Shown: positions 36,301 to 49,567 of the stretch, piece after piece
Numbering within the stretch: the stretch's first letter is position 1
How the letters are laid out: each line of letters opens with the position of its first letter
Source: Eimeria praecox
Taxonomy: Eukaryota
Direction of reading: 5' to 3'
DNA: 64,000 nucleotides
Assembly (NCBI GenBank): GCA_963920595.1
Contig: OY986948.1
Span: forward strand, 930,001-994,000
The notes under the pieces: model-generated
The model's input: only the letters and a program-made list of their open reading frames with translations
Told to the model about the DNA's origin: nothing
Database searches by the model: none
Position numbers and translations under genes: made by a program

Positions 36301-39300
36301 GCAGAAACTGACAGACAAACGGGTGGACCTCGAGAGGGTACGCGTTAAACTTGAAGGACAGCTAGCTGAGGCTGTGCAAGATGTTCGTCAGGCGCGGAAA
36401 GAGAAATCAGACCTCGAAACTAGGGTAGGCTCTGGCCCAGCAGTATTCCAAGGACAGCTTTACATGCTACCTACACCTGTGACTTCAGTTTAAACAAAAA
36501 CAGCCACAGATCAAAACATCTGCGGAACTGAATGCCATGCGTGCACATGCAAACAAGAGTGCAAACCGCTTATGACAGGTAGTCCTGGGAGTTAGAACGG
36601 ATCGTGGGGGGATGCCGCCTGTCCAGTGTGCCCTTTACACCAGCTGCTTTGTCCTTTGTTTGCAGCTGAAGGAAAGGGAGGCAGCTCTTGAAGCTCTTCG
36701 TGCAGCTCATGTGAGCAACATTTGCAGCTAGATTCACCAGTACGCTGTGGCTTTACTTGCAGCTGCATATGCTCTTAAGTATTTTGGTTACTCCGCAGGC
36801 GGATGTGAAAAAACCTCTCGGCGTTCCTCAAAACATTGTTCTGCCGTTGCCCAAAGGTAACCCTTGGGGACTTCCTTCCTCTTTGCTCCCTAGTTGGCTG
36901 TCTCGGTTTTACCCATTACTTTTGCTCATTTATGCTGGAGTCAGGCGTTGCCAGGCTTTGGGAAGGGAGCGCATGCAGGTGCGGCATAAGCCCGCCATTT
37001 GTGGCTTAATTTGACCTTGCAGGCCGCCAGGATGCACAGCTGGATGCGACGGCGCAACTCGTACTCAAGGATGGAGTCATCAGAACGCTCAGCAGCCGAA
37101 TAGCATTTTTGCAGTTTGCCTTGAAAGAGGCCACAGCAGAGAAAGACAAGCTCTTGTCGGAGCCGGCAACCATCGCACTGCAACAAGTAATTAGACAGTA
37201 ACGTTGTGGAGGCACTTTGAGCATTGCGGCAGGCGTCACCTTGTGTTTGTGAGCTTTGCCAGGAATTCATAGGCTTTATGTCAAGCACCACTGCCCTGTG
37301 ACGCGTGTTTTATCAGCAACTGCAGGAAACGAAGAAAGAACTGCTTGAGACCTCAGCCAAGTACCGCGGCGTGATCGCCCAGCGCACAGAACTAAGGGTA
37401 CGTTGTTCCTCATCTGCATGCACTAAAACACATGTATGAAACGCGAGACGCATTGATCAGAAGTGCTGTGCGTTGGAGCAACGACCGCAACTAGACGCGC
37501 TCTCCTTTATGGAGCTTCCGCCCTACAACCTGCAACTGCGAAAGCATAACAGTACTGAACAGTTCAAAATTCACATTTAGCTAATGCCCTCTTACGGTTG
37601 AGCCCCAACCGTCAAGGCGTTTTTTAATGGTATTCTTGCGGTTGATCTCAGGAAAAGGTCGAAACGTTGACCAAAGAAGTTGAGAAGGCCAGTCGAGAAA
37701 TAACAGCTCTCAAAGCTGCGCTGAATGAATCGCAGGCGCGGCTGACTACAACTGCTGACAAATTTAAAGAACAAAACGATAGGTAACCTGTTAGGGCTAT
37801 CAAAACTGCACTCTCGGCTGAGTTGGCGATGGCAGAATTTGCGCTGCAGACTATTCCACTCACAAACCATCTAATGGTTGTTAGATGCGGTATTGCATTC
37901 TCTGCTCCTCTTGCCGATAAAATGGAGCACTAGCCTTCAGCCATTCATAAGAACGCAGCAGACGTTAGTCAGTGAGCTTTTTTATGGGGACTTGCTTCGT
38001 TTCCTGCGTCTGTGTCCACCATCGCTCTGTAGATACTGCAGTCTGGTTTCATCTTCGCTTTCAAAGATAGAGGAGTTGCAGGATGAAGTGTCCAGGGAAC
38101 GCAACAGGTCGGGATCTACTTATCTACCTCCCCCCTTCGGGTATTATGGTTTGTACAGTACGGGGCCGTGGTACAATTTGAGCAATTGAATGCGCAGCAC
38201 AGCCGGCTCTGGCTCAGCTGTATCTGTAGACTGTTTCCCAGCATTGTCCGCATTGTTTGATTGCCCCTCTTCAGCAACTATTGGTATTCGGCCTTTCGTC
38301 AGTAAAGGGCCTCGTGCATAAATAAATCATGCATCGCTGTAGCCACCGCAACTACTTGGTGTTGGTTTCCTCGCTGTACCGGCCTGTAAATGTATTAAAT
38401 GCCCCTGGTGCGTTTGCTGCAGCAAAATTTTGGTGGGGAAGGTTTACAGGCAGGAGATGTTGGAGCTGAGGAAGGCAGCGGTGCATGCAGGGGGCGTGCC
38501 AGGAGATCCTGTGCGGCCTTTATCTTGCGCTAAGGAGCAGAAGCTGCTCGACAGGATGCAGGCGACAGCCCATTCCAAACAGGATTCGTTGAGGCCTCCC
38601 AAGGCACATCCTCCCTTATCAGAAGCGGGAGGGAAGCCTGTACTGCCTAACCCGTTAGGAGAGGCGGATGGACAAGCTCCAAAGGCCTGCTGCCCGTTCA
38701 GCCATGGCATACCAGTTGCAGTCACCTCGACGGCACCACATTCAGACTTTGCAGTCATTCCTCTGTGCTACCCTACGGAAGTGGCCTCAACTGCAGCCGG
38801 GGAATCGAGCATGCACCGCGCAAGTCTACAGAAAGAGGCGAGCCCGACAGAGCAGCAAAAGCAAGCAACGAGAATTTTGCATGCATATGTAGAAGAGCAG
38901 CAACATCACGGCAGCTGCGCTGAGGGATTTCAGCGGCAGCAAGCAACACTATCAGACACAGCTTTGGGGGAGCTAGCTGATGCTCGACGTCCTGCGGCGA
39001 GCCTGGAACCGAAAGTAGCCAACTCTGATCAAAAGCCTGCTAGCGGGGCTCAGACTCCTTCAATCCGGCCACAGACGCAGCAAGAGATGCCTTCTCATCA
39101 GCAACTTCAGATTAAGCAGCAGAACCTGCAGAAGGACGCTGGGGTCTCGCAGGAAGAGGCTGCAACTGCTACCATGGTACAGCACCAGCCTTCCGAGCAT
39201 ACTGGTGCTGTAAAGGTGCCCGCCGACGTACAGTTGCAACCAAGGCCGCATTCATGTGTGAACGCAGACAGTTCCCCTCAACAGCAGCTGGAGCATCCAG

Positions 39301-39599
39301 CTGATTTCTCTTCGTTTCCTGAAGGAAGCAGCAAGAACGGCAGCAGCAGCCCTCTTCCAGCAGTTCGCTCTCAAATACCCTCGGGAAGCGACTCTCTAGA
39401 CGCTGTAGCATTTAGTGGGGATCTAGGGGGGCACGCCGCTCCCTCGGCGCCCATCGACGGCACCACGCTCCTTCGTGATTTGCAGCAGATCCAAAGCAAA
39501 AAGAAGGTGCTGTTCACTCCTGGCCCCGGCAGTAGGGGCTCCCCTGCTGGGGAGAACCCATTTGAGGCTGACGATGACAGCATTTTCGATTTATCGTAA
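33317..39599 (+). CDS. Multi-exon long coiled-coil protein of unknown function, with a low-complexity last exon (~38423-39599)
   Basis: Many short GT-AG-bounded exons encode E/K/Q/L heptads, e.g. LIAENKHLKMLIQERD, EARIAELEMQLLDAQQ, LERDALAAQVQHLEEQLQKL, KVETLTKEVEKASREITALK. The start is 33317 or 33487. Confidence 0.75.
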
Positions 39600-40603
39600 C
39601 ATGGATAATACCGTGCAATTTGTAGCTGCGGAAGTTTTACTTGGCAGTGCTCACCGGGCCGCTAACGCATTCTAGGCGGCGAGAGTGCAGACTGCAGAGG
39701 AGGCAACAGACTGAGCTGCTAGAAAGCCAGTCACCAAACTTAGTAGTGGGAAGGAAGGAGGTTTCACTGGCGGTAGCCAGTTGTACACTGGTCTGTTCAG
39801 CGATCTGCAAATCCCTTTCGGTGGTGAGACATGCTCATTTTTCTGCGACGGTTGTTTCCAGGCGACCAGCTATCGCATACCCTGACAAGCCATGTGCTGC
39901 TGGGCTCCTGGTCAATATCCCGCTGCCATGTCAGGCAGTTAGCTCTTAGCTGGAACTAGACGCAGCTGCAAATCTTAACACCAATCGAAGGCTTCAGTCT
40001 TTAGTTGAATTCCCGCTCAATGTCGTCGTCAAGTGCCGCAGCATAGCCATTACTATGGGGAACGGCAAACTGCTGAGGCGGAATTTTGGCATCCCCCTCG
40101 AGCTAGGTGCACCTAGAGCTGCCTCACTGCTGCTTTAGAGTGGGTTGGATAAGACTCGCTTAACTGTTTACTTGAGCTAGCAGCGTTAGAAGGAAGAAAG
40201 GCTATCCAGTTTACGCCAAAGCTGCCAAAACTGCCCGTTCTAAGAAAAGCACGCCAACATGTAGCATCTCGTGTGCAGCTGTGGGTGCTAGGACGATGGA
40301 CGGAAGCCGCTCTATAGGTGGAGTTGATGGCGTCGCTGTGGCTGTCTAGTGAAGGGAAGCAACTGGCCATACGGCCTACTCAAGCCACAACAGCATTCGT
40401 CGAACGGCTGGCAGCTTCATATTGGAGTATCTGCCTCTCTCGTAACAAACATGCGACATGCCTGGCTGAATCGGATTGCAATACAATAAACCTACTTGTA
40501 GACAAGGTGGCGAGCGTTTCACCTTCAGACTTACCTTAGCAGGGCTTCACACTACACGCTTCTTCCCAACAGTTGTATCCTCCCTGTTTCGGGTAAAGTC
40601 CCT

Positions 40604-43600
40604 CTATTTCAACTGAACAAATTTGAGGGCCTCTACGGCTGTGGCGAGCCTCCTCAGTTCCTCAGCTCCGCCTCCTCGCTGTGCGTGAGGCGAGGGCGTG
40701 GCGAGAGACCCCCTCTGGCCTGTCTGGTAGGGGGGTGGCTGGCGGAGGGCTGTAATGGCAGCAGAGGCGAAGGATTCAAGAGCCTTCTTCGAGCCCTTTG
40801 GAAGGGGCACGTATCTTCCACAAAGACTAAGGGTTTCTGCTGCTGCAGCTAACAGTGCTAAAGAGTCGCGAATCTGCGGCGCATGTCGAACCACAAGGCT
40901 GCTGAAGACTGAAAGCAGCTCCTGCATCACCCGCTGAAAGTCCGCGGACGCTGTCACCACAGGTATCGTCGAAGCAGCACCTTGGGCCTCCCCCTCCTCG
41001 GCCCTTGCTGCTCCTGCTGGAGTAAAGCCGCAGTGTGCGTGCAGCAGAGTTGCGAAATCGCTTGATGCCAAGAGCAGCAGCTGCAACTGTGCTGCAGTTC
41101 TCGGCGAGTCTGCCGGAAGAGCTGCAATGCTTTGGGCGTGCCGCAGCAGTGCAGCAGCCACAGCAAAGAGGAACGCAGCCGCCCCCTGAAACAAGCGTAG
41201 CAGGCTACTACTATAGCTGTTGTTCGCCCGGTCAAGCAGCTGTTGCCCTGTCATCGGTGTTTGTAGCTTCGACGGGTCAGAGGCGCTTGCTGCAGATGGA
41301 AGAGATTCCTCAAGAGGACCCGCATTTCCCTTTTCTGATTCGAGCGCTTCTGACTCTTCAGCGCCCGCGCGGCCGGCAGCAGCCAGCGGCCGTAGCAAGT
41401 GGAACAGCTGCAGCAGCCCGCATTCTGCTGCTAAGAGCGGCGCATGCACGATACCAGACCTGCGGCGAACAATGGCGCATGCAGAAAAGAGAGAAGGTGC
41501 ATTGAAACAATCAGCAGGCATTCCTTGCACCACGTGCATCGTGAGCCTCTTTAACAGCAGCAACAACAGCAGCAACAGCAGGAGAAACAGAACAACGCCT
41601 ATGTAGTGGTCACCGGGATGCGCTGCTGAGGTGCAACGCCACGAGGGTGACCCACAGGATATGGCGGCGAGTTTCGGTCCTGCACGAGGAGAAGAAGTTG
41701 AGTAATAGCCCGAGGGACACGCCAGCAGTGGAGACCCAGCTCGTAGGGGGTCTTTCCTGCGGCAGCAAAGTAATGGGGGGTTTGCTGATTATAGGGGCCT
41801 TCAAGCAATACGCCTTAAGCCTAGCTAGAACATTCTGAGGGAGGTAGTCTCCGTCAAGCTCCCCTCCACTGGCAACGGTTGCTAATTCCCCGCAAGCAGC
41901 AACTGCACCAGGAGCGGCAAACGAACTTTGCTGCGCTGCTCTCCCCGCATCCGCTGTGCATGCCGTAGGGGTCCGCGCCAGCCCTCCTCGTTGAAGGAGA
42001 CAGTCATTAGCTGCGCGTATTGCCGCTTCACAGTACAGCGCTAGCTTATCAGCAAAGCCTCCGGGGCGCCTGATGCTGCGGGCGGCAATCCGTGCTGCCT
42101 GCTGAAGAGTCAACAGCTTCGCGTGCCGCTCACTGTTCCCGAGAGGCAACTGTGGAGTTCCCGCTGTATCAGCAGCAGCGGACAGTAAAGCAGCGTCTTC
42201 CATGGCTTCAGGGGCGCCCAGGCCTCCTTCGGTTCGATTCAAAGCCCACAAGAACGATCCAACCTCCCGCATCCCGGCCCGACGAATTTCACCTTGCCCC
42301 GGTGCAGCAGGAGCCCCAGATGTTGCAGCAACTGATGCAGCACCCTTCGACTGCGCTGTACTTTTAGCGGGTGCCTTGGAAGCATCTGCGGGAGGCCCCG
42401 AAGGGGCCTTTCCACGGTACCAAGAGTTAACTGAATCCGGAAAGGATACGCTTCCTTCAACAGCAGCGACTACCCCAAGCAGCAGCTGGGCTGCCATTGC
42501 CTCAGCTTCGCTGCTGAGTTGCTGTTGATGCGACTGCGGTGCACTAGCACCGCCGGCCGAGCGTCCCGCAACAGGACCTGCTTCTTGTGATTCTGCTGCT
42601 GCGGTTGTGGCTGCGTCAGAAGACTCTCGGAAACTCTCGTTTCCCCTGCTGCGGCGGAGACGCAGGAGGTTGTATGCCAAAAGGAACAAAAGCGGGGGTG
42701 GCCAGGCGGTTAAGCCAGGGCCCCTCTTCTCACGCAGTTCTGACAGATAGAACTGCACAGAGAAAAAAGATATACACACAGAGAAGCAAAAAGAAACGTA
42801 AGCAGATGACATAAGGCATGGCTTGTGAAGGGGGCTGAAGCACGCAGCGCAAGCGACCTAAGGGAGCAACGCATACGAGGCAAATACAGGGAAGTACATA
42901 CTTCTACAGCAGAAGAGTCCACATAACGAGCTGGAGATATATCCGAAGCCGAAGAGAATGTGTAAAATCCTTTCAAGCTGCGGGTCAAGGCGGCAGTATT
43001 CAGTCCTTCCTGCAGGCGTCGGCGGGGTTGCTGCTGAGGCGCTTCTTTCCCATCGTGTTCTTCGGCTATCGCTGCCGCAGCCGCTGCTGCCGCAGCACGG
43101 ATCGTTTGAACCTGCTGCTGTGTATGCACAGGCGCAGCCCCTTCAGAGGTTTCCTGGGCCCAAAACGGTATGAGGGAAAATGTAAGAAGAGCGACGTCCT
43201 CGGGGCGTTGCTTCTCGAAGCCGCTGACGGCTGCCCACAGGGTTGCTGCGGAAGCGAGGCTGCAGAGGGCATCCTGAAGCTGCCATATTTCTCCTTGAGG
43301 TCGTGGTGTAGAGGCCAAAGAAGAGGAACGGGAGGATCTGCCGCCTTTGGACACACGCCACTTCGTGTAGTTCTTGTGCAGAAGCGCCAGCGTCTTTCCC
43401 ACAAGTTCAGCTGTGTGCCTTTCGTCGGCATCGTCCTCTGCTGCTGCTACTTTGCTTGAAAATCGGTGAGTGCTCCTGCCATCTCTGCTGCTTGAGGCAG
43501 ACGTGCTGGCACCCAGCAGGCGTTGCAGCGTGAGAGTGTCAAGGCGGTGACGGAGCAGCTTGAGACCCATGACTACTAGAGACCAGTCACCGATCCAGCT

Positions 43601-45753
43601 GCATGCAAATAAGAGGCGCTGAATCAGCTTGATGGGAAGCTGCTGTGCAAGCGTTGCTACTGCTGCTGCTCCTCGGGAGCTGCTAAGCTGTTGTTTCGTT
43701 GTCGGCTGGTGCGTGCTTGTAAAACCTAAGGAGCTGATCTGGCCCTCTGAAGGAAGGCAAGAGGCACTGACACCAGCGAAGGATCTGTAGCGCCAAGGGT
43801 GACAAGAGAGCAGAAAAACCGGATTCTCTTCTCGGCCTCCTTCAGGTCCCGCGGCGGTTCGTGGGTATGCAGTAGGGGCCTCAAAAACTGCACAGCAGCC
43901 TCGCCGGATGCTCCTGCTGCTGTTGCTGCCCCTCCGTCTGACGAGGAGGACGGCATCTGCTGTGCATTAAGGAATCGATCGAACGCCACAGCAGCACCTG
44001 CGAAGCGCGCCATGCCTCTTAGCGGCCTGAGAGAGTGGAGTCGCGCCAGCGAGGTGGACAGCTGCTGCACCTCTACGTGTAGCATCCGTCCGACGGCAGC
44101 CCAGGCCGCATTTCGCGTCTCCTCAGGTTCCCGGAGGTCTCGCTGCCTCTGTTGTTGAGATATGAAAAGTTCAATCAGACGAGCCCCTTGCGCCGCAGCG
44201 GCTTCCGCCAGTTGCTGCACCGCCGGCAGCCAAATGCCCCCACTTAGTCGCATCAACAAGTAGTATACAGGTAACCAGGAGGCCCTAGCTGTCACTAGCT
44301 GGCGCAGCTCTTCTATAGGTGTCTGCAGGGGTGGCGATGCCCCGAGTTTCAACGTCTGCTCCTCTTGCTTCTCCTGCTGCTGCTGCTTTGCAAGGGCCTC
44401 TTGTGAGCCGTCTGCCCGCTGGTGCAGGCGGACAGGGGCCTCGACAACTCCAGGCATGCGTTGCGGCGGTGCGCCAATACCCTGCAGCCCGCGGCATGCT
44501 GCTACTGCAGAGGCTTCTATCATGCTGGCGGTTGCCTGCAGTATGTTCGAAGGCAGCATGGGAGCCCCGCTGCGGTGCAGCGCTACAGCTAGTGCAGTAG
44601 TTGTGGGACCGCCAGGTGGCCCAGCGGCTGGCACTTCAAGGAAGTCTTCCTCCTGGATAAGGTCCTGTACATTGCGAGGATCCCCCAATAGCAGCAACGG
44701 CACTAGCCTGCTAGCGTGGCTGGAAGCGAGTCGCTTGCTCCAGTCAGTCAGTGCGCTGCACACTGTCGAGACCCTCTGCACCGTATCCCCCGGAGGCAGT
44801 GTCGGGGCTTCTGCTGCGGCTCGCTGCAAAACCCCGTGCAGCAGAAGCCCCAAAGCCTCTGCCAGATCCCGCACGTCTTCAGGCGCCTCTGCAGGGCGAT
44901 GGGACACAAAACCTATTGAACGGCCGAGGGCAAAGAGAGGGGCTATGAGCCGCGTCACTGCCGACTGTGGAAGCCTGCACAAGCAAGAGCCAAAGGGAGG
45001 CAAAGGCGTAAATGCATCAAGCTGCACGCGCTGCCATTCCCAGATCGCCCGGCGGGGAACCTTGCAGCTCTTTGGGGCACCCGAATGGGATGCGCGAAGG
45101 TCTTGGGCAGAGGGCAAAGTTCTCTCGGGAGAGACAAAGACATGTAGCAGGTTTCTTTAGCTTGATCCCGAACCCTAGTGTGCATCTACTGTAACGCTTT
45201 ACCTGGGGAGGAGCTGCCGGAGGGAAACGAAGAAATCAGTGAGAACCCGCACTGGCAAGGTTTCCGGTGGGTGTCCATTAGAAGAGGGGGTGCATAGCAG
45301 CCGCCAGTCTTGCTGTTGTTGCGGGTGAGCGCCGGCAGCTCCTGAGTTGCCTTTACGACCCCCAGCGAGCCACTGCCCTGCAGGTGCAAGGCTTAAATTC
45401 CACTGGGGAGACACCGCACAGGCTGCCAGAAACAAAATGCCATCCACGGCTGCTGCGAGATTCGGCAGGGTCCGCTGATGCTGTTGTCGCTGCTGCGAAG
45501 GCGGTGGCGACATGGAGGCCAGCAAAAAGGAAAAAAACGACTGAACCTCGGCCCTTGAAGGGCTCCCTCCAAGGTTTGGTGGATGCTGAGGCCTGCGCGC
45601 ACACAGACGAAGCAGCAGATGAGTTGTCTGTCTGCCTGGCCCTCAGGCACAAATATTTGTACGCCTTGGGCTGGATAGCACGCAAGCAAGCATCACGCTC
45701 GCAAGCCCTTTCGTTAAGCAACGCACATAGGAACCGACCATTTTACCCAGTAC

Positions 45754-45811
<58 letters not shown>

Positions 45812-45834
45812 TATAGATATATATATATATATAG

Positions 45835-45867
<33 letters not shown>

Positions 45868-46048
45868 GATATATATAGATATAGATATAGATATAGATAT
45901 AGATATAGATATAGATATAGATATAGATATAGATATAGATATAGATATAGATATAGATATAGATATAGATATAGATATAGATATATATAGATATATAGAT
46001 ATATAGATGTATAGATATAGATACAGATATATGGATATAAACATATAC

Positions 46049-46082
<34 letters not shown>

Positions 46083-46819
46083 GTATAATGCGCATGCTTA
46101 TATAGCAGTGCTGAGGTGTGCGGAAACAAGATCCTGAGGTGTGCAGCTACAGCCCCTGCACGTGCATGCAAACTGTTTAGAGGAAATTAATAAGAACTGC
46201 GGGCTTCTGAACCGCAACACACACTAGCAGCAGGGAGCCCCAGCGATACGATTGAAATTAGCCTGCCAGATTGAGGCTCTGTGGTTTAGGGTTTATGCTG
46301 TGGGAGGCACTCGCTGGGGGTTCTTCCCATTGTGCTGTCGGGGTCTCCGGTTGCCGGAGCGGCTGGCAGGCGGCGGCGGATTCCTTCTTGTGAGGCGCCA
46401 TCAGACCAATCAGCACCTCCTCCTCCGTCTGGACCTGTAAGGGATCCCCTCCTAGTTATACGCTGATGCATCCCGCAAGGTGCGGATCTTTCGTGTGCCA
46501 GGCCCTGGGCACTGTTACCTGGCGTACAAGCACTCTGCCATCTGGATCCTTTACAAACAGGACGAGAGGCGAGTGATGGACTGTAGAGGGGCGTACTTAG
46601 ACAAAATGCAGAGGCACGGCATGATTCCCTCAGCACTACCACCAAGAAAAGCAAAATGAGCCAGAGACAAGCCGGGGGAGGCCTGGAGAGTCGGATGCCC
46701 TTCTTCAAGAAAGTCCCATCAACAAGTGCAGCGCTGAGATTCCTCTGTCTCTCCCAGAGCCCCCGCAGTCTCCCCCAGAGCCCATAGCCCTCCCTGGGCA
46801 TGGGGCCTCCCCCCATCAT
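40604..46819 (-). CDS. Large multi-exon Ala/Leu-rich hypothetical protein; 5' end uncertain
   Basis: A chain of long same-strand ORFs (45525-45199, 45117-43726, 43570-42710, 42812-41610, 41575-40604) with short gaps carrying splice-like sites. A possible first exon at 46819-46519 has a hydrophobic segment. Confidence 0.6.
45759..46082. repeat. (TA)n/(TAGATA)n compound microsatellite, probably intronic
   Basis: Directly visible; it is the largest simple repeat in the repeat-poor part. Confidence 0.95.
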
Positions 46820-47734
46820 CAGGCCAAGAAATGAGTTGATGGAGCAGCATTCGATTCGAGTCGAAGCTCCGGGCTGACGATGGCGGCACCTGGAGCTGCC
46901 CAATACAAGCAAAGCATACACAGAAGAACTACGGGACTGTGATTCACCGCAGTAGCATTAAGGCCACGGAAATAACACGGAGATACGAAAGAAAGGGACC
47001 AACCTCGAAAGGGGGAGCTGGGCTGAGCTTGTCTTAGGGAGATCCAGGCTTAAAATGGGTACCCTCAGCAATATAATAGCTTAATCAAGCGCACAAAATC
47101 TGATGAGAGGGCACTGGGTAAAGCAGCGTCACAACGGCCGTCACTGGTGGTCCCTGTACAGTGCGGGGGGGGAGGAAGAAGGAGTGTCCTGGCACCATAA
47201 ATGAAATGGGTAACGAGAAAAGGTGAGCAAAGACTCAAACTAGTAGTCAGTTGAATTGTAACTGGTTAAGCTCATAGAAAAGATACTTCAGTGGAGATGC
47301 TCGGGTAAGCCTCGGCCTTGTTTGAGGAGGGGCCCCTGCTGCAGCCGACGGGCCCCCCCGCCTCCCCTTATGCGCTGAACTGAGGCTCTTTGTGGATTCT
47401 CACGACAAGCTTCTTCAAAAATCAGTTTTAATAGATGCTGCTCATGCAAAGCATTTCGCCTTTTGGTTGGAGGATTTCGACTTCGGAATCTAGGCTTTGA
47501 ACGGCGAACCCGGCGGGGGGCCTTCCTGCCATTTCTTCGGGCGCAAAGCTGCAGCGTGTTCTGTTTGTATAAGTGGCTGCTTGTGAGATGAGGGGCCTCG
47601 GAAATAAGGCATTTGAGCCCCATGGCTTGACTCTGCTATCCGCTGCAGTTTAGGGTGTAGTTCGGCTTTGAAGTGTATGGGATGTGCCAGCGAGCTCCAG
47701 TGGGTGATGCGTTCATTCCCCTGTAAAGGCCACT

Positions 47735-48553
47735 ATGGCAGCCATGCTGCTCCTGCTGCATTGGCTGATCAGTTCAACAGCGTATGCAGTCCCTCTCCTG
47801 ATGCCGGCCCAACAGTTGCGCACACCCATTCGGCCACTGCCTCCTCAAGGCACTCGTGAAGCCGTGCCTCTCGTTGCATCTGGAGGCTTTTTGCTTTCTT
47901 TTCTACTTTGCAGCTGCCCGGATGTTTCCAACAGGGCCAGCGAAGCCCCCTGGCCCCCCAACCTCGAGAGGTCATCGGGCGGACCCCACACACATCAGTG
48001 GCTCGACACCAGCACGCGGCTTTTCGCGTGCAGACCACGGCCTAAAAAGGAGAAGGCACAGAGGAACTACCGCATTGCAAAGCAGCAAAAACGGATCCGA
48101 GAGGAACGGCTGATCCGCCGCCGCCAGCAGCAGGATATCTTCAAAGCTCATCAGCGCCTGTTATTGGCTTGTAAGAGGAGTGAGGAGTCGAACAGTAGCG
48201 AAGACAAATGTCAAAAACGACCCCTAACTGGCGATTTGTTCAGCTTAGACGGGCCGCTCCTAGCAGGAGAGCAAGCAACAACACAAGGCAACGCTTCTCC
48301 AGGGCTTCAGCCGCCACTAACTGCTCGCATTAACTATCGGCTTGTAGGAGGAACCTGGAGAAGAGCGCGTGGTCAGGGAAAGTACGTGAGGCTCTCGGGG
48401 GCCCAACTCGCAGCTGCTGTTTTCGAGGGCCTTCCTGAAGAAGAAGTTGCCGCGGCTGTGGCGAAAGCAAAGCGCCAAGATGAGGGCTTTATGGACCTGG
48501 AGGCGTATGACGAATCCGGCACAGAGCACACCACCCTGGAGGGTCTCAACTGA
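47735..48553 (+). CDS. Single-exon protein with a signal peptide and transit-like region; apicoplast candidate
   Basis: MAAMLLLLHWLISSTAYAVP signal-like start, a Pro/Ser-rich linker, then a basic block RLFACRPRPKKEKAQRNYRIAKQQKRIREER. Confidence 0.6.
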   Translation: MAAMLLLLHWLISSTAYAVPLLMPAQQLRTPIRPLPPQGTREAVPLVASGGFLLSFLLCSCPDVSNRASEAPWPPNLERSSGGPHTHQWLDTSTRLFACRPRPKKEKAQRNYRIAKQQKRIREERLIRRRQQQDIFKAHQRLLLACKRSEESNSSEDKCQKRPLTGDLFSLDGPLLAGEQATTQGNASPGLQPPLTARINYRLVGGTWRRARGQGKYVRLSGAQLAAAVFEGLPEEEVAAAVAKAKRQDEGFMDLEAYDESGTEHTTLEGLN

Positions 48554-49567
48554 AAAGCCTGTTTTCCCCTCTAGTAAATGTATTCGATAGAGGGACGCTT
48601 TAGAACTTGTACAGTCGACGTGCAGCGAGAGATTAACACAAACTTCGTGTTGTTTGCTTTTAAATATACTGACATCCAGCGGAAAGCAGCCTGTGCAGCA
48701 GTTGGCAGAGATGGGGATCTGATGATTTCGTATATCATGCAGAGTTCCCTTTTAGCTTTTCTATAGTTTCAACACCCAAATGGCAGCTGCCATACCTGCT
48801 GAACCGTAATGCGCATACCTTCCTTCGCTTCCGGTACTGGGTTAGAGGGGACTGTAAAGTGCTTTCTTTTTGCAACTCGCTAGCGTAGATGCATCCTGAG
48901 TGCAAGTAAAGCCTGTAGGTGCCGCCATTGCAGTCTAAAGTAGGTCCACGCTGTGTCAGGCCGAAGCAGCCTATGCCTCCCATTCAGGTGAACCCTTTAC
49001 ATACTCGTTGCTGTGAGTGTTGCTGACAGTGAGAGGATCCTTCAGGTCAAAATCATACAACGAACTGTGGAGATACTTACAGTTTTCACTGCACATTTGG
49101 GACGAGCGCACTGCACTATGAACTGTACACGACGACTGTGTAGAGTTTTTCACTCAGGAGAACACAGAAGTTGCTGAGTCGTGCGGAGTCGGTGTATCGT
49201 TGGGGAGCGCTTCCCCTGTGCCCAGTGCTCTGCTCTGCACCAGCACCGGCGCGCGGAGATGTTAAGTGACTTTGCGCGCATGCGTGCAGAAAAATGCCGT
49301 AAGCAGCCTTCCTTTGACACGAATCTTAGCAATCCAACGATGACGGAAAACCGGTGCCCCAAAGGTTTATCCCTTGGGTCTCCAAATGGGTCTACGCCTG
49401 AGGACGGGCAACGGCATCATCAAAGCATGAGGTCACTTTACAGTTTCGCATGTAGGGGCGGGGGAAAATGACGCAGAGGCCTGCTAGAAGCGACCGGCGC
49501 TGCTTTCTAGAGCTGCCCGTACATCGGAGGCTGCAGCTACTGTCTGGGCAGTCGGTAGCGAAGCAAG

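Noticed and set aside
47288..47623. Basic 111-aa ORF on the minus strand
   Set aside because: It lies between divergent genes, has no recognisable motif and is probably spurious.
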